Below, one piece after another: positions 29,793 to 39,726 of a stretch of 64,000 nucleotides of DNA; the stretch's first letter is position 1, and each line of letters starts with the position of its first letter. The stretch is from Parcubacteria group bacterium LiPW_41 (GTDB lineage Bacteria; Patescibacteriota; Minisyncoccia; UBA6257; GWB1-50-10). The notes under the pieces were generated by a model. The model was given only the letters and a program-made list of their open reading frames with translations, made no database searches and was not told the origin of the DNA. The position numbers and the translations under genes are program-made. The stretch covers positions 103,462-167,461 of the forward strand of contig VMEM01000001.1 of the NCBI GenBank assembly GCA_007375535.1, given 5' to 3'.

Positions 29793-29987
29793 TAACTACC
29801 AAGATAACTGTGTAAATGACCCATCTAAAGTTGTGGATTAATAAAGCAAAAAAATAAAATTGAAATAATAATCCACAGAACACTTTTTCTTTCTTCATTT
29901 TCTCCACAGATAAAAAAGCTAAAAACATATATATAATCAAGGAAAAATAGACTTATCCACTTATACACACCCCTTACTACTATTACT
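29793..29987. promoter_or_regulatory. dnaA-dnaN intergenic DnaA-box cluster (candidate oriC)
   Basis: At least four near-consensus DnaA boxes: TGTGGATTA ~29832, TAATCCACA ~29869, TCTCCACAG ~29901, TTATCCACT ~29954. All sit in AT-rich sequence between dnaA and dnaN. Confidence 0.6.
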
Positions 29988-31097
29988 ATGAAATGTATTA
30001 TATTAAAGAATAACTTAATAGAAGGATTAACTGCTGTTGAAAGATCAATTGGTTTTTCATCTAATCTTCCAATTTTGAAAGATGTATTAATTAAAACAAT
30101 TCAAGGAAAGATTGTTTTTGTTGCAACAAATTTGGAATTAGCAGTTACCGAGATAATATCCGGAAAAGTTATTGAAGAGGGTGTTGTTGCAGTTCCTTTT
30201 TCTATTTTTTCCTCAGTGGCAAAAAACCTTACCTCGGATAGAATTACCTTAGAAGAAAAACAAGGAAATCTTTTAATTATCACCGATAATTATGAAGCGG
30301 TTGTACAAGGACATGATGTAAAAGAATTTCCTATAATTCCCACGCTTTCAACAAAAGATTTTTTTGTAAAACTTGATATTAAATTATTTGTAGAAATTTT
30401 AGAAAAAGCGATAATTGCAACACAATATTCTGAAATACGACCAGAAATAAGCGGTGTTTTTTTAAAGTTTTCTCGTGACCACCTCATAGTAGCTGCAACT
30501 GACAGTTTTCGCCTTGCAGAACGCGTTATAAGCTCAAATCAGGCATCCTCAACATTCGAAGAGTCTTCAGTAATAGTTCCTTTTAAAACCGCCGAAGAGT
30601 TACTCAGAATTTTAAAAAATGAAAAAGGTGAAATCGTGATAAAAAACGATGAAGGTCAAATAGTATTTACAACAGAAAAAACTGAAATGGTTTCTCGTGC
30701 AGTAGATGGAGTTTTTCCTGAATATAAAGCGATAATTCCAAAAACAACAGAAAATGAAATAGTAATTGAACGAACTGAATTTATTAATGCATTAAAACTA
30801 GCAAGTAGTTTTTCTGGTAAAACAAACGATATTACAGTAACAGTAGGTGAGAATAAAAAATACCTTGAGTTATCTTCAGCTGATGCTGCACTTGGAAATA
30901 ATTGTTATAAAATTCCAATAAAATTTAAAGGAGAACCACTATCAGTTGTTTTTAACTGGAGATTTTTATTAGATGGTTTAAAAATCTATTCTTCAAAAGA
31001 AGTGAGTATTGGAATTAATACACCAGAAAGACCAGCGGTTATTAAATCGCAGGGGGAGCAAGAAGTTGTGTATGTTGTTATGCCAATCAGAAACTAA
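29988..31097 (+). CDS. dnaN: DNA polymerase III beta sliding clamp
   Basis: 369 aa with three-domain beta-clamp organisation, immediately downstream of dnaA. Confidence 0.85.
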   Translation: MKCIILKNNLIEGLTAVERSIGFSSNLPILKDVLIKTIQGKIVFVATNLELAVTEIISGKVIEEGVVAVPFSIFSSVAKNLTSDRITLEEKQGNLLIITDNYEAVVQGHDVKEFPIIPTLSTKDFFVKLDIKLFVEILEKAIIATQYSEIRPEISGVFLKFSRDHLIVAATDSFRLAERVISSNQASSTFEESSVIVPFKTAEELLRILKNEKGEIVIKNDEGQIVFTTEKTEMVSRAVDGVFPEYKAIIPKTTENEIVIERTEFINALKLASSFSGKTNDITVTVGENKKYLELSSADAALGNNCYKIPIKFKGEPLSVVFNWRFLLDGLKIYSSKEVSIGINTPERPAVIKSQGEQEVVYVVMPIRN

Positions 31098-33544
31098 TTC
31101 TGAGAACGATAAATAATTGTTGATGCAGTAGCCTCGTTTCCTGAAACATTTTTTGCTTTTAATTCGAAAATATTTTGCGATTCAAGAGAACCAGAATAAT
31201 TAAATGAATATACATATGCATTTCCAGAAATAGGGAATGATTGTATTTTATTTTTGTTTACGTACAACTCAACTTGTTGAAGTTCAACATTCGGAGAAAC
31301 TATTTTCCCTTTTATAACAAGAGGACTTCTAAGAAATGATCCTGTTTTTGGTTCCATATAAGTGATTCCAATTGGTCCAGAAAATGAATAAGAAGAGCCT
31401 AATTGTTTTAAAGGAAGTCCAGAACCTTTTGCCCACGCCGACACTGCATCTTCCCAATTTTGATATTGTGAATCATTCCAAGGTTCTGTAGGAATTGGGC
31501 CTTGAGGATTATTTTTATCAACAAAATGAAGAAGAGAGTGAATTCCATAAGAACTTCTCCATTCACCATTTAACATAGGTTTTTCTGGAAGTTGTAGTGA
31601 CTCGTTTTTAGTGAAAAACTCAGGTTCAAATTGTTTTAAAGCGTCTTTTAGGAAGGCATTCCACATTGGTATTGCTGCTAAAATACTACTTCCCTGACTG
31701 TGCATTGCGGTATTATTATTATTTCCTGCCCACACACCAATAACTAGATTTGGTGTATATCCAAAAGCCCAAGCATCACGATAATCCTGAGTAGTTCCCG
31801 TTTTTAAAGCAACATCATATCCATCAAAATAAGTAAGACCTAAACTCGATTGAAAAATTGGCGAGCGCAACTCAGTATTTGATAAAATAGAATTTATCTC
31901 TCTTACATATGTTTCGTCAAAAACTCGTTCGCTTTTATCTTTATATTCTTCAAGAACCTCTCCATTTGATGTTTCGATTTTTAAAATCACCGTTTGTTCG
32001 TGAAGTACTCCTTCTTGTGAGAGTACCGAATATGCTTTCACAAGCTCTATAGGACGGACTTCTCCTCCTCCGAGTGTTAGGGTGAGCCCATATCGAGATT
32101 TATCCTTTAAAGTGGTAATTCCAAAAGAAGTAAGATTTTTTATAACCGAATCAAGACCGACAAGATATAGTGTTTTTACTGCTGGGACATTTAAGGATTG
32201 TGCTAATGCTTGTTCCATAAAAACAGGACCACGAAACTCTCCATCAAAGTTTTTTGGACGATAACTATATTCTGGTACTCCCCGAGTATCAAATTCTGTT
32301 TCAACATCAAATAAAACAGTTTTTGGAGAAAAACCACGAGAAAAAGCAGTGAGATAGACAAAAGGTTTAAGCGCTGATCCTGGTTGTCTTTGTCCTTGAA
32401 TTGCAACATTAAAATTTCCATCAAAAAGACAACTTACTCCAGCTGCGCAACCTTTTGGTTCCGCATCTGCAAAGTAATCTTTTGAACCAACAAGTGTCAA
32501 AATTTGTCCGGTTTTGGGATCTTGGGCTATAAGCGCAGCGTTTGTTCCTCCATACGCTTTAGAATTTTTTTCTGCACCATCTTTTACTACTTGTTCAGCA
32601 AGTGTTTGTAATTTTACATCAAGAGTTGTAATAACTTTTAACCCACCATTCATTACGAGAGTTTCTCCATATTTTTGCACTAAATAATCTCTTACTGCGA
32701 GAGTAAAATGAGGAGCAATAATTTTTCCCAATGATGGGGGAGCAAAGGAAAGTTTTTCTTTCTTTGCTAATTCCGCTGTCTCTTTGTTTATATATCCAAC
32801 ATCTTCCATGCGAGACAAAACATAATCTCTTCGAGCGAATAATTCTTGTTTGTGGCTTCCCCAAGGTGAAAAATAAGAAGGGGCTTTTATCATTCCAGCA
32901 AGAAGAGCCGCCTCGCTCACTGTAATATCCTTTACTGATTTATTAAAATACAACTGCGATGCCGATTCGATTCCGTATGCAGTTGATCCATATGGTATTT
33001 GATTTAAATAAAAACCAAAAATTTCATCTTTTGAATATTTTGATTCAAGTTGTATTGCGAGAATTAATTCTTTTATTTTTCTTGTGTAGGTTCTTTCATC
33101 AGAAAGAAGTGTTTTTTTAACTAATTGTTGTGTTATAGTAGATCCTCCTTGAGTTATCTCTCCCGATTTTATATTGTTCCACATTGCTCGAGCAATTGCC
33201 TTCAAATCAAATGCCGGTTGAGTATAAAAATCATTATCTTCAGCAGCGAGAGTTGCTTTTTTTACTATCTCAGGTATTTCAGAAAAAGGAACAATTGTTC
33301 TTTTTTCATCACCATGAATCTCATAAATTAATATTTTACCAGTTCTATCATATAGTTTTGTTGTTTGATTTATTGAACGCTCACCAAAATTTTCTGGAGA
33401 AGGGAGTTTTTGTAGTGTAAGAATAAAAAAAACAAAAACAACAACAATACAAGCAATGATTCCAAAAAAGAATGTTGCAAAAAAAAGAGGATATTTTCTC
33501 TTTTTGTTTTTTATAAAACCACTAATAGAGCGCTTTCGTATCAT
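31094..33544 (-). CDS. Class A penicillin-binding protein (PBP1A; transglycosylase + transpeptidase) with extra C-terminal domain
   Basis: N-terminal TM. GT51 motifs (EDNDFY...QGGSTITQQLVKK). Transpeptidase SALKPF (SxxK), SxN, KTG. About 150 extra C-terminal residues. Confidence 0.85.
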   Translation of the reverse strand: MIRKRSISGFIKNKKRKYPLFFATFFFGIIACIVVVFVFFILTLQKLPSPENFGERSINQTTKLYDRTGKILIYEIHGDEKRTIVPFSEIPEIVKKATLAAEDNDFYTQPAFDLKAIARAMWNNIKSGEITQGGSTITQQLVKKTLLSDERTYTRKIKELILAIQLESKYSKDEIFGFYLNQIPYGSTAYGIESASQLYFNKSVKDITVSEAALLAGMIKAPSYFSPWGSHKQELFARRDYVLSRMEDVGYINKETAELAKKEKLSFAPPSLGKIIAPHFTLAVRDYLVQKYGETLVMNGGLKVITTLDVKLQTLAEQVVKDGAEKNSKAYGGTNAALIAQDPKTGQILTLVGSKDYFADAEPKGCAAGVSCLFDGNFNVAIQGQRQPGSALKPFVYLTAFSRGFSPKTVLFDVETEFDTRGVPEYSYRPKNFDGEFRGPVFMEQALAQSLNVPAVKTLYLVGLDSVIKNLTSFGITTLKDKSRYGLTLTLGGGEVRPIELVKAYSVLSQEGVLHEQTVILKIETSNGEVLEEYKDKSERVFDETYVREINSILSNTELRSPIFQSSLGLTYFDGYDVALKTGTTQDYRDAWAFGYTPNLVIGVWAGNNNNTAMHSQGSSILAAIPMWNAFLKDALKQFEPEFFTKNESLQLPEKPMLNGEWRSSYGIHSLLHFVDKNNPQGPIPTEPWNDSQYQNWEDAVSAWAKGSGLPLKQLGSSYSFSGPIGITYMEPKTGSFLRSPLVIKGKIVSPNVELQQVELYVNKNKIQSFPISGNAYVYSFNYSGSLESQNIFELKAKNVSGNEATASTIIYRSQN

Positions 33545-33600
33545 ATAAGTATTATTATAAAGAAAAATAACCCCTCGCGGTAATACGAGGGGAATATTTC

Positions 33601-33744
33601 TTAATATTGGTTATCTTCATCTTCGTCGGAAAACGATTCTATATCTAATTTGTCCTCTCCAATTCCTTCTTTAATTGGATCGAACTCCTCATCTAGAAAT
33701 CCCTCTTCTCCAGTTAAGATGCCGTCGTTTTGCAATTTTCGCAT
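33601..33744 (-). CDS. Possible small acidic protein (47 aa), unsupported
   Basis: Manual translation: MRKLQNDGILTGEEGFLDEEFDPIKEGIGEDKLDIESFSDEDEDNQY*. No SD or homology evidence. A hairpin plus T-run follows on the minus strand. Confidence 0.15.
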   Translation of the reverse strand: MRKLQNDGILTGEEGFLDEEFDPIKEGIGEDKLDIESFSDEDEDNQY

Positions 33745-33888
33745 TGTATAAAAATGTATGTTGTTTTCGACCTAGAAAACCCAATGGGTTACATACAATG
33801 AAAATCAGTATAGTAAAAATAGAAAAAGTGTCAACCGCGTGCCCAACCAACTCATTTACAATAATATAAGAAAATCAAAACAGAAAAA

Positions 33889-34365
33889 CTATTTTTCAAG
33901 ACCATTTTTAGACAAACCAGCAAATGCTGCGGCAATCGCGTCTGTTGAATCATCTAAAACAAGAGAAAGATCAGTTTTTAAAAACAAAGAGAGCATTTTT
34001 TTAACCGCATTTTTGGAAGCAGAGCCATTTCCAGTAGATGCAATTTTTATTTGATTTGGAGTTAATTCTAAAACCGGAATTTTATATTCTGTAAGTGTTT
34101 GGATGATAACTCCTCTTGCCTCAGACACTAAGAGAGCGGTTTTTTGATTTTTTGAAAAAAATAATAATTCAACAACTGCACGGTCGGGTTTTTCATTTTT
34201 TATTATAGAAATCAAAGAGTTTCTAATAAAACACAAACGATCACCTTGTGTTTTTTTATTTTCTGATAGAACACCAAAACTGGCGAGTTTTAAGAAAGAA
34301 TTTTCACTTATTATGATTCCAAATCCCGCACGCACAGTTCCAGGATCTATTCCGAGAATTTTCAT
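33889..34365 (-). CDS. ruvC: Crossover junction endodeoxyribonuclease RuvC (Holliday junction resolvase)
   Basis: N-terminal ILGIDPG motif and RNase H-like fold length of 158 aa. Confidence 0.85.
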   Translation of the reverse strand: MKILGIDPGTVRAGFGIIISENSFLKLASFGVLSENKKTQGDRLCFIRNSLISIIKNEKPDRAVVELLFFSKNQKTALLVSEARGVIIQTLTEYKIPVLELTPNQIKIASTGNGSASKNAVKKMLSLFLKTDLSLVLDDSTDAIAAAFAGLSKNGLEK

Positions 34366-34367
34366 AG

Positions 34368-35678
34368 TTAAAAACCAACTTTTGATACCTCTCGTTGTGG
34401 GACAAGTGTTTTATCGGTTGGAATTAAAATGGAGAATGTGGTTCCTCTATTTATTTCGGAGGAAACCTCAATTTTCCCACCGTGTTGTTCAATAATATTT
34501 TTTGCTATATAAAGACCGAGCCCACTTCCATTTGGTTCCATTTGCACAACGTTTGATCCACGATGAAGTTTTTGAAAAAGTTTTTGAAGATCTGCTTGTG
34601 GAATACCAACACCAGTATCAGAGATTGCAACTTTAATATATGGTTTTGATTCAATTGGAAACACAGAAATTAGAATTCTTCCATTTTTTGTGTTATATCG
34701 TATCGCATTATCTATAAGGTTGAGAAATACCGCACTCAATCTATTTTCGTCGATATAAACAAACACTGATTCAGAAAAACTTTCAAATTGTATCGACACT
34801 GAATATGCCTCGGCGAGCGATTTCATGTCAGCGGCAATTTTTTTCAAAAACGGAATTAAATCAGAATCTTTGAATGTGTATCCAAAACGGCCCTCCTCAA
34901 TTTTTGAAACATCTAGTAGATCGTTTGTAATCTTTGTTGCCCTATTTGCTACCGACAGCGCCTCTTTTGCTATAGGATAGATTGTTTCATTCCCTTTGCT
35001 ATATTCAACAATGTTTTCGAGGGCCCAGTGAAGTGCAGTGACGGGGGTTCTAAGTTGGTGTGCCGCTACATTAATAAAGTCTGTTTTTGCCTCAAGAACA
35101 CTTTTTTCTCTTGTGTTGTCTTTTATAACTTTCAAAAAACCAATAATATCTCCATCTTCTGTAACAACTTGGCTTAAAACAGTCTCAAGCTCGAGACGCG
35201 GAAAATCAAGAGAAATTGTTACAATTTGTGGCCAAACCCCAGGGTCTGATTTTTGTACTGCCGCAGGCGCGAGCGATGGAAATAAAACTTGTATGAGTGG
35301 TTTTAGTTCGTGTGTTGATGCGAGACCGGGTTCCATTTGTTTGTTTAAAACAATTTCTTTTGAAACACCAAAAAGCGATTCAGCAGCCTTATTGAATGTT
35401 TTAATAACAAAATTTGTATCATATACAATTATCCCGTCGTGTAAATATTCAACGAGCGCCTCTTTTTCTTTGTCTTTGAATTTTGTTTCAAAAGACAACT
35501 TAGTTATTTTTAAAAAAGCACTAAATGACATCCACGCTATACAAAAAAAGAAGAAAAGACCACCACCCAAAACAACAAAAGTATTATTGATAAAAAAAAG
35601 ACAAAGAATGAAGAATGCGCACGCAAGAACAAAAGAAAAAGAGCGCATTTCTTTTGATTTTATAAAAGATTTATTCAT
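34368..35678 (-). CDS. Sensor histidine kinase (2 TM, PAS-like, HisKA, HATPase_c)
   Basis: H-box AAHQLRTPVTAL. N-box/G-box DNAIRYN...GSGLGLYIAKNII. Start trimmed to MNKSF so it does not overlap polA. No response regulator is adjacent. Confidence 0.8.
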   Translation of the reverse strand: MNKSFIKSKEMRSFSFVLACAFFILCLFFINNTFVVLGGGLFFFFCIAWMSFSAFLKITKLSFETKFKDKEKEALVEYLHDGIIVYDTNFVIKTFNKAAESLFGVSKEIVLNKQMEPGLASTHELKPLIQVLFPSLAPAAVQKSDPGVWPQIVTISLDFPRLELETVLSQVVTEDGDIIGFLKVIKDNTREKSVLEAKTDFINVAAHQLRTPVTALHWALENIVEYSKGNETIYPIAKEALSVANRATKITNDLLDVSKIEEGRFGYTFKDSDLIPFLKKIAADMKSLAEAYSVSIQFESFSESVFVYIDENRLSAVFLNLIDNAIRYNTKNGRILISVFPIESKPYIKVAISDTGVGIPQADLQKLFQKLHRGSNVVQMEPNGSGLGLYIAKNIIEQHGGKIEVSSEINRGTTFSILIPTDKTLVPQREVSKVGF

Positions 35679-38064
35679 GTGTATTAGGAAAAGACTCCAT
35701 AGATCCCCACAGTGTACCAACTTTTACATCAACAACTAATGGCACGGATATGTGTTCTACACCTTCCATACATTGTTTAATTTTTGTGGATATTACATTT
35801 ATGATATCATTTTTTACTTCAAGGAGTAGTTCGTCGTGGATAGTAAGAAGGGGAAACACAGTATTTGAGTAGCCCTCCGTCTCGATAAGAGAAGAAACAG
35901 AAATAATTGATTTTTTCATAATATCCGCGCCAAAACTTTGAAGTGGCATATTAATTATTGCTCGCTCAAGTTCTTGAAAGCGGTCTTCAGAGAATAAGCG
36001 TCTTCTCCCGTGTACATTTTTTACATACCCATCACGTTTTGCAGATTCTTTTATTTTTTCCTGCCAAACAGATACCGCGGGAAATGAAGTAAAATATTCA
36101 GTCATAAATTTTTTTGCTTCTTCAATGCTTACCCCACTAGTTTTCGAAAAAGCCCGTGGTCCCATTCCATAGATAACCCCAAAATTAAGTGTTTTTCCTA
36201 TTCTTCTCTCTTGTTTTGTAACCAGCTCAGGTGTTTTGTTGAATATTTTCGATGCGGTAATTGAGTGTATATCTTTATTTTCATTAAAGGCCTGAATGAG
36301 GGTTGTGTCTTTTGATTCGTGGGCAAGTAGGCGAAGTTCAAGTTGAGAATAATCAAAAGAGAGAAATGTATGTGTTTCCCTAGAAACAAAAGAATTCCTT
36401 ATTTGTTTAGACCAAACAGACTCTTGTGGAATATTTTGTAAATTTGGTTTTTCAGAGGATAATCTGCCAGTTCCAGTTCCTGTTTGTAGATATGTAGTGT
36501 GTATTATTTCATCGGAAGATATAGACAAAAGTGGTTCTACGAAACCAGAATGGATTTTTGCATATTCTCTATAAAGTAATATTTTTTCAACAATTGGATG
36601 CGCAGAAGAAACTGATTCAAGCGTTTCTTTGTCGGTTTTAATTTGTCCTGTTTTTGTTTTTTTTGTTTTTCCAAAAACACCAAGTTCTTGAAGTGTTTCA
36701 CCAACCTGCTTTGGGGATGATATATTAAATTGAATTCCCGCTAGGGCTATTATTTCTTTTTCTAGATTGGAGAGTTTTTCTATTATTTCCTTTTTTAACT
36801 CAATTAATACACTTTTATTTGTTTTAATTCCCAAATATTCCATTTTTGCTAGAAGGGGAATCAAAGGCATTTCAAATTGTGTGTATATAGAAAAAAGTTC
36901 TTCTTTTTTTAATTTTTGGATAAAAATAGAAGCAAGTTGTTGTATAGATTCTTTATCTTGTATGACAGCATCCTTTTTTAAATATTTTTTTACAAGTTGT
37001 GTATATGAAGATTTTGGCGCGTCTGGGTCTAATAACCAACACATTATTGATATGTCGAAAATATTTTTTGGAATTTGTATTTTTTCTTTAATACAATCTT
37101 TGCATATTTGTTTCCAATCAAACGCAGCATAAAAACAGGATTCATCCTCTATATCAGAATAAGAAAGCACTGGAGATGTTTTTATTTGGTCTTTTTCCTC
37201 TTCCTCCATTTTCTCTGGAAGAAGATTTTTAAATCCAAGCGTCGAAAAAAATGTTCTTGCATTAGGATTTTCTTCTATTGGGTGATATATAAAATCAGAT
37301 AAAGATTTTTCGATTGTTATATCTTTTTTAATTGTTGCGAGATATTTTGAAAGGAGGGCGATGTCTTTTTGTAATATTATTTTTTTAAGTAAAGGATCAG
37401 CTGGATTTTCGTTTTTAAATATATCCTCGACGGTTGAGAATTGAGAGAGAAGCTTAAGAGCTGTTTTTGGTCCGACACCAGATATTCCAGGTATATTATC
37501 CGATGCGTCTCCAACCAACCCTTTATAATCCACAACTCTATTTGGGTGTACTCCAAGTTTTTCAAAAACCCCATTTTCAGTATATTCTTTCATCTCTCCC
37601 AATCCCTTTTGTGGTGTTTTTACTGAGATGAAGCCATCACGGACAAGCTGAAGAGAATCAAGGTCTCCAGTTAATATAGTTATATGAACATCTTCTGATG
37701 CAAATTTTTCTGCAAGTGTGCCAATAATGTCGTCTGCCTCAAACCCCGGTTTATCAACAACTGGTATAGAGAGTACAGAAAAAAGGTTTCTTGCAATTTC
37801 AAACTGCGAAATAAGTTCGTCTGGAGCTTTTGGACGATTTGCTTTGTATTCACTAAATTTTGATTTTCTAAATGTTTCCTCTGGTCTATCAAATGCTGCG
37901 GCAACATAGTCTGGGTTGTGATCTTTTAGTGTTTTTATAAGTGCTCGTGTGAGGCCATACACTGCACCAATTGGTTTTCCATCTGGTGTGGTGAGTGGGG
38001 GAAGTGCGTGAAAGGCGCGGTGAATGAGTGCGTGCGAATCAATAAGAAGAAATTCTTTTTTCAT
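35671..38064 (-). CDS. polA: DNA polymerase I
   Basis: N-terminal 5'-3' exonuclease (FEN) domain. C-terminal family A polymerase motifs (DYSQLELR, motif B RRxGKTxNFGxxYG, motif C HDE). Confidence 0.9.
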   Translation of the reverse strand: MKKEFLLIDSHALIHRAFHALPPLTTPDGKPIGAVYGLTRALIKTLKDHNPDYVAAAFDRPEETFRKSKFSEYKANRPKAPDELISQFEIARNLFSVLSIPVVDKPGFEADDIIGTLAEKFASEDVHITILTGDLDSLQLVRDGFISVKTPQKGLGEMKEYTENGVFEKLGVHPNRVVDYKGLVGDASDNIPGISGVGPKTALKLLSQFSTVEDIFKNENPADPLLKKIILQKDIALLSKYLATIKKDITIEKSLSDFIYHPIEENPNARTFFSTLGFKNLLPEKMEEEEKDQIKTSPVLSYSDIEDESCFYAAFDWKQICKDCIKEKIQIPKNIFDISIMCWLLDPDAPKSSYTQLVKKYLKKDAVIQDKESIQQLASIFIQKLKKEELFSIYTQFEMPLIPLLAKMEYLGIKTNKSVLIELKKEIIEKLSNLEKEIIALAGIQFNISSPKQVGETLQELGVFGKTKKTKTGQIKTDKETLESVSSAHPIVEKILLYREYAKIHSGFVEPLLSISSDEIIHTTYLQTGTGTGRLSSEKPNLQNIPQESVWSKQIRNSFVSRETHTFLSFDYSQLELRLLAHESKDTTLIQAFNENKDIHSITASKIFNKTPELVTKQERRIGKTLNFGVIYGMGPRAFSKTSGVSIEEAKKFMTEYFTSFPAVSVWQEKIKESAKRDGYVKNVHGRRRLFSEDRFQELERAIINMPLQSFGADIMKKSIISVSSLIETEGYSNTVFPLLTIHDELLLEVKNDIINVISTKIKQCMEGVEHISVPLVVDVKVGTLWGSMESFPNTHE

Positions 38065-38537
38065 TATTTTTTTATTTTTGTTGTTATTAGTCTTGTTCTA
38101 TCTTTTTTATGTTTCAAGGTTACAACACAAAACGGTTTTATTTTTTTTGATGAAATATTTTTTATCCACTCGATGAGAATTATTGAGTGGGAATCATTTA
38201 AAATTTTTTCTATCTCTAGTGAGTGCAAGTCCTTAAATGAGGAAAGTCTATATGCATCAATATGAACAAGTGTGGAATAATGTGTTTTTGTTGGAAAGCG
38301 TTTCATTAGAACAAATGTCGGACTGGTGATTTTCTTTTTTATACCAAAAGCGAGTGCAACCCCTTTTGTTAGTGTTGTTTTCCCAGCTCCCAAGTCTCCA
38401 CAAAGACTAACAATTCGAGCCCCCTTTGTTGTGGGAAGTGTGTTTATAAAAAAACCAAATTTTTTTCCAAATTCTATGGTGTCTTCAGTAGAAGAGGATA
38501 CAAATGATTTTGGAAACGAAGCGCCTTTTTCTTTCAT
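38064..38537 (-). CDS. tsaE: tRNA threonylcarbamoyladenosine biosynthesis ATPase TsaE
   Basis: P-loop GDLGAGKTT and 157-aa YjeE-like length. Confidence 0.75.
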   Translation of the reverse strand: MKEKGASFPKSFVSSSTEDTIEFGKKFGFFINTLPTTKGARIVSLCGDLGAGKTTLTKGVALAFGIKKKITSPTFVLMKRFPTKTHYSTLVHIDAYRLSSFKDLHSLEIEKILNDSHSIILIEWIKNISSKKIKPFCVVTLKHKKDRTRLITTKIKK

Positions 38538-38539
38538 AA

Positions 38540-39544
38540 TTAAAATAACCCCCCTTCTTTTTCTTTGTATCCTAAAAGCTCATATGCTAGCTTCGTTGCT
38601 ATTCTTCCTCCAGGGGTTCTGTGGAGCAAGCCAATTTTAATAAGAAATGGCTCATACACATCTTCTATTGTTCCCGGTTCTTCGTTGAGTGCTGCACCAA
38701 GTGATTTCAATCCAACAGGGCCGCCGTTAAACTTTTCAATAATTATTGAAAGTATTTCTCTGTCTGTTTTATCTAATCCAAACTCATCAATTTCAAAAAG
38801 TTCCAATGTTTTGTATACCGCGTTTACATCAATAGCATTATTGTTGTATATCTGCGCATAATCTCTTGCTCGTTTTAATAATCGATTCGCGGTTCTTGGT
38901 GTAAAGCGAGATGCGTGAGCAAGTTTTTCTGATGCTTCTTTTTTTATTGTAATACCAAGTATTTTTGCTGATTGCTCTATAATTTTTTGTATATCTTCCG
39001 CGTTGTAGTAGTCGAGTCGAAATGTTGCACCAAAACGAGATCGAAGCGGGGCAGAGAGTAGGTTTGCACGCGTTGTTGCTGCAATAATGGTGAATGGGGG
39101 AAGATCAAGAGAAAATGTTCGTGCAGATGGTCCCTTTCCAACAATAAGGTGTATTTTTCTTGATTCCATCGCTGGATATAAAATTTCTTCTATTGCTGTA
39201 TTTACTCTGTGCGCCTCATCAATAAAAAGAATATCATGTGGTTCAAGGTTGGTAAGAAGCGCAGCAACATCTCCTGCTTTTTCAAGAGCGGGGCCCGATG
39301 TTGATCTTATTTGTGTGTTTAATTCTTTTGCAACAAGATATGCAAGTGTTGTTTTTCCAAGTCCTGGTTGTCCATAAAACAACATGTGATCAGGAGCCTC
39401 TCCTCGTGCTTTTGCTGCATCGATAATTAAACGAATATTTGTTTTTGTTGTTTCTTGTCCAACATACTCATCCCAACGTGATGGACGAAGGGTTGCGTCA
39501 AAAGTTCCGTCAAAAGTTTCTTGAATTTTCTGCTCCTGTTCCAT
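38540..39544 (-). CDS. ruvB: Holliday junction branch-migration helicase RuvB
   Basis: Walker A GQPGLGKTTLA, Walker B ILFIDEAHR, C-terminal winged helix. Confidence 0.95.
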   Translation of the reverse strand: MEQEQKIQETFDGTFDATLRPSRWDEYVGQETTKTNIRLIIDAAKARGEAPDHMLFYGQPGLGKTTLAYLVAKELNTQIRSTSGPALEKAGDVAALLTNLEPHDILFIDEAHRVNTAIEEILYPAMESRKIHLIVGKGPSARTFSLDLPPFTIIAATTRANLLSAPLRSRFGATFRLDYYNAEDIQKIIEQSAKILGITIKKEASEKLAHASRFTPRTANRLLKRARDYAQIYNNNAIDVNAVYKTLELFEIDEFGLDKTDREILSIIIEKFNGGPVGLKSLGAALNEEPGTIEDVYEPFLIKIGLLHRTPGGRIATKLAYELLGYKEKEGGLF

Positions 39545-39630
39545 TGATAGTATTACTATACGCTAATTATTTAATGTTTTAAATAGGGGACAACACCAAA
39601 AAAGTGAGATTTAAAGGGCTTAAAAGTCTC

Positions 39631-39659
39631 TTGACAAGCAAAATAAACCACTATATAAA
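39631..39659 (+). promoter_or_regulatory. Candidate sigma70 promoter P1 (TTGACA-17-TATAAA)
   Basis: Perfect -35 with a 17-nt spacer and a 5/6 -10 match. Confidence 0.35.
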
Positions 39660-39691
39660 TGTACAAGCCTTTAGAAGATAAAGGTACCCTA

Positions 39692-39720
39692 TTGACAAAA
39701 TACTGGATGTGTGATAGTAT
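39692..39720 (+). promoter_or_regulatory. Strong candidate sigma70 promoter P2 with extended -10 (TTGACA-17-TGaTAGTAT)
   Basis: Perfect -35 TTGACA at 39692..39697, 17-nt spacer ending in TGa, and -10 TAGTAT at 39715..39720. Confidence 0.55.
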
Positions 39721-39726
39721 TTGATT

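Noticed and set aside
35038-35739. 233-aa plus-strand ORF
   Set aside because: It is antisense to the histidine kinase and polA 3' end, and has no recognisable features.
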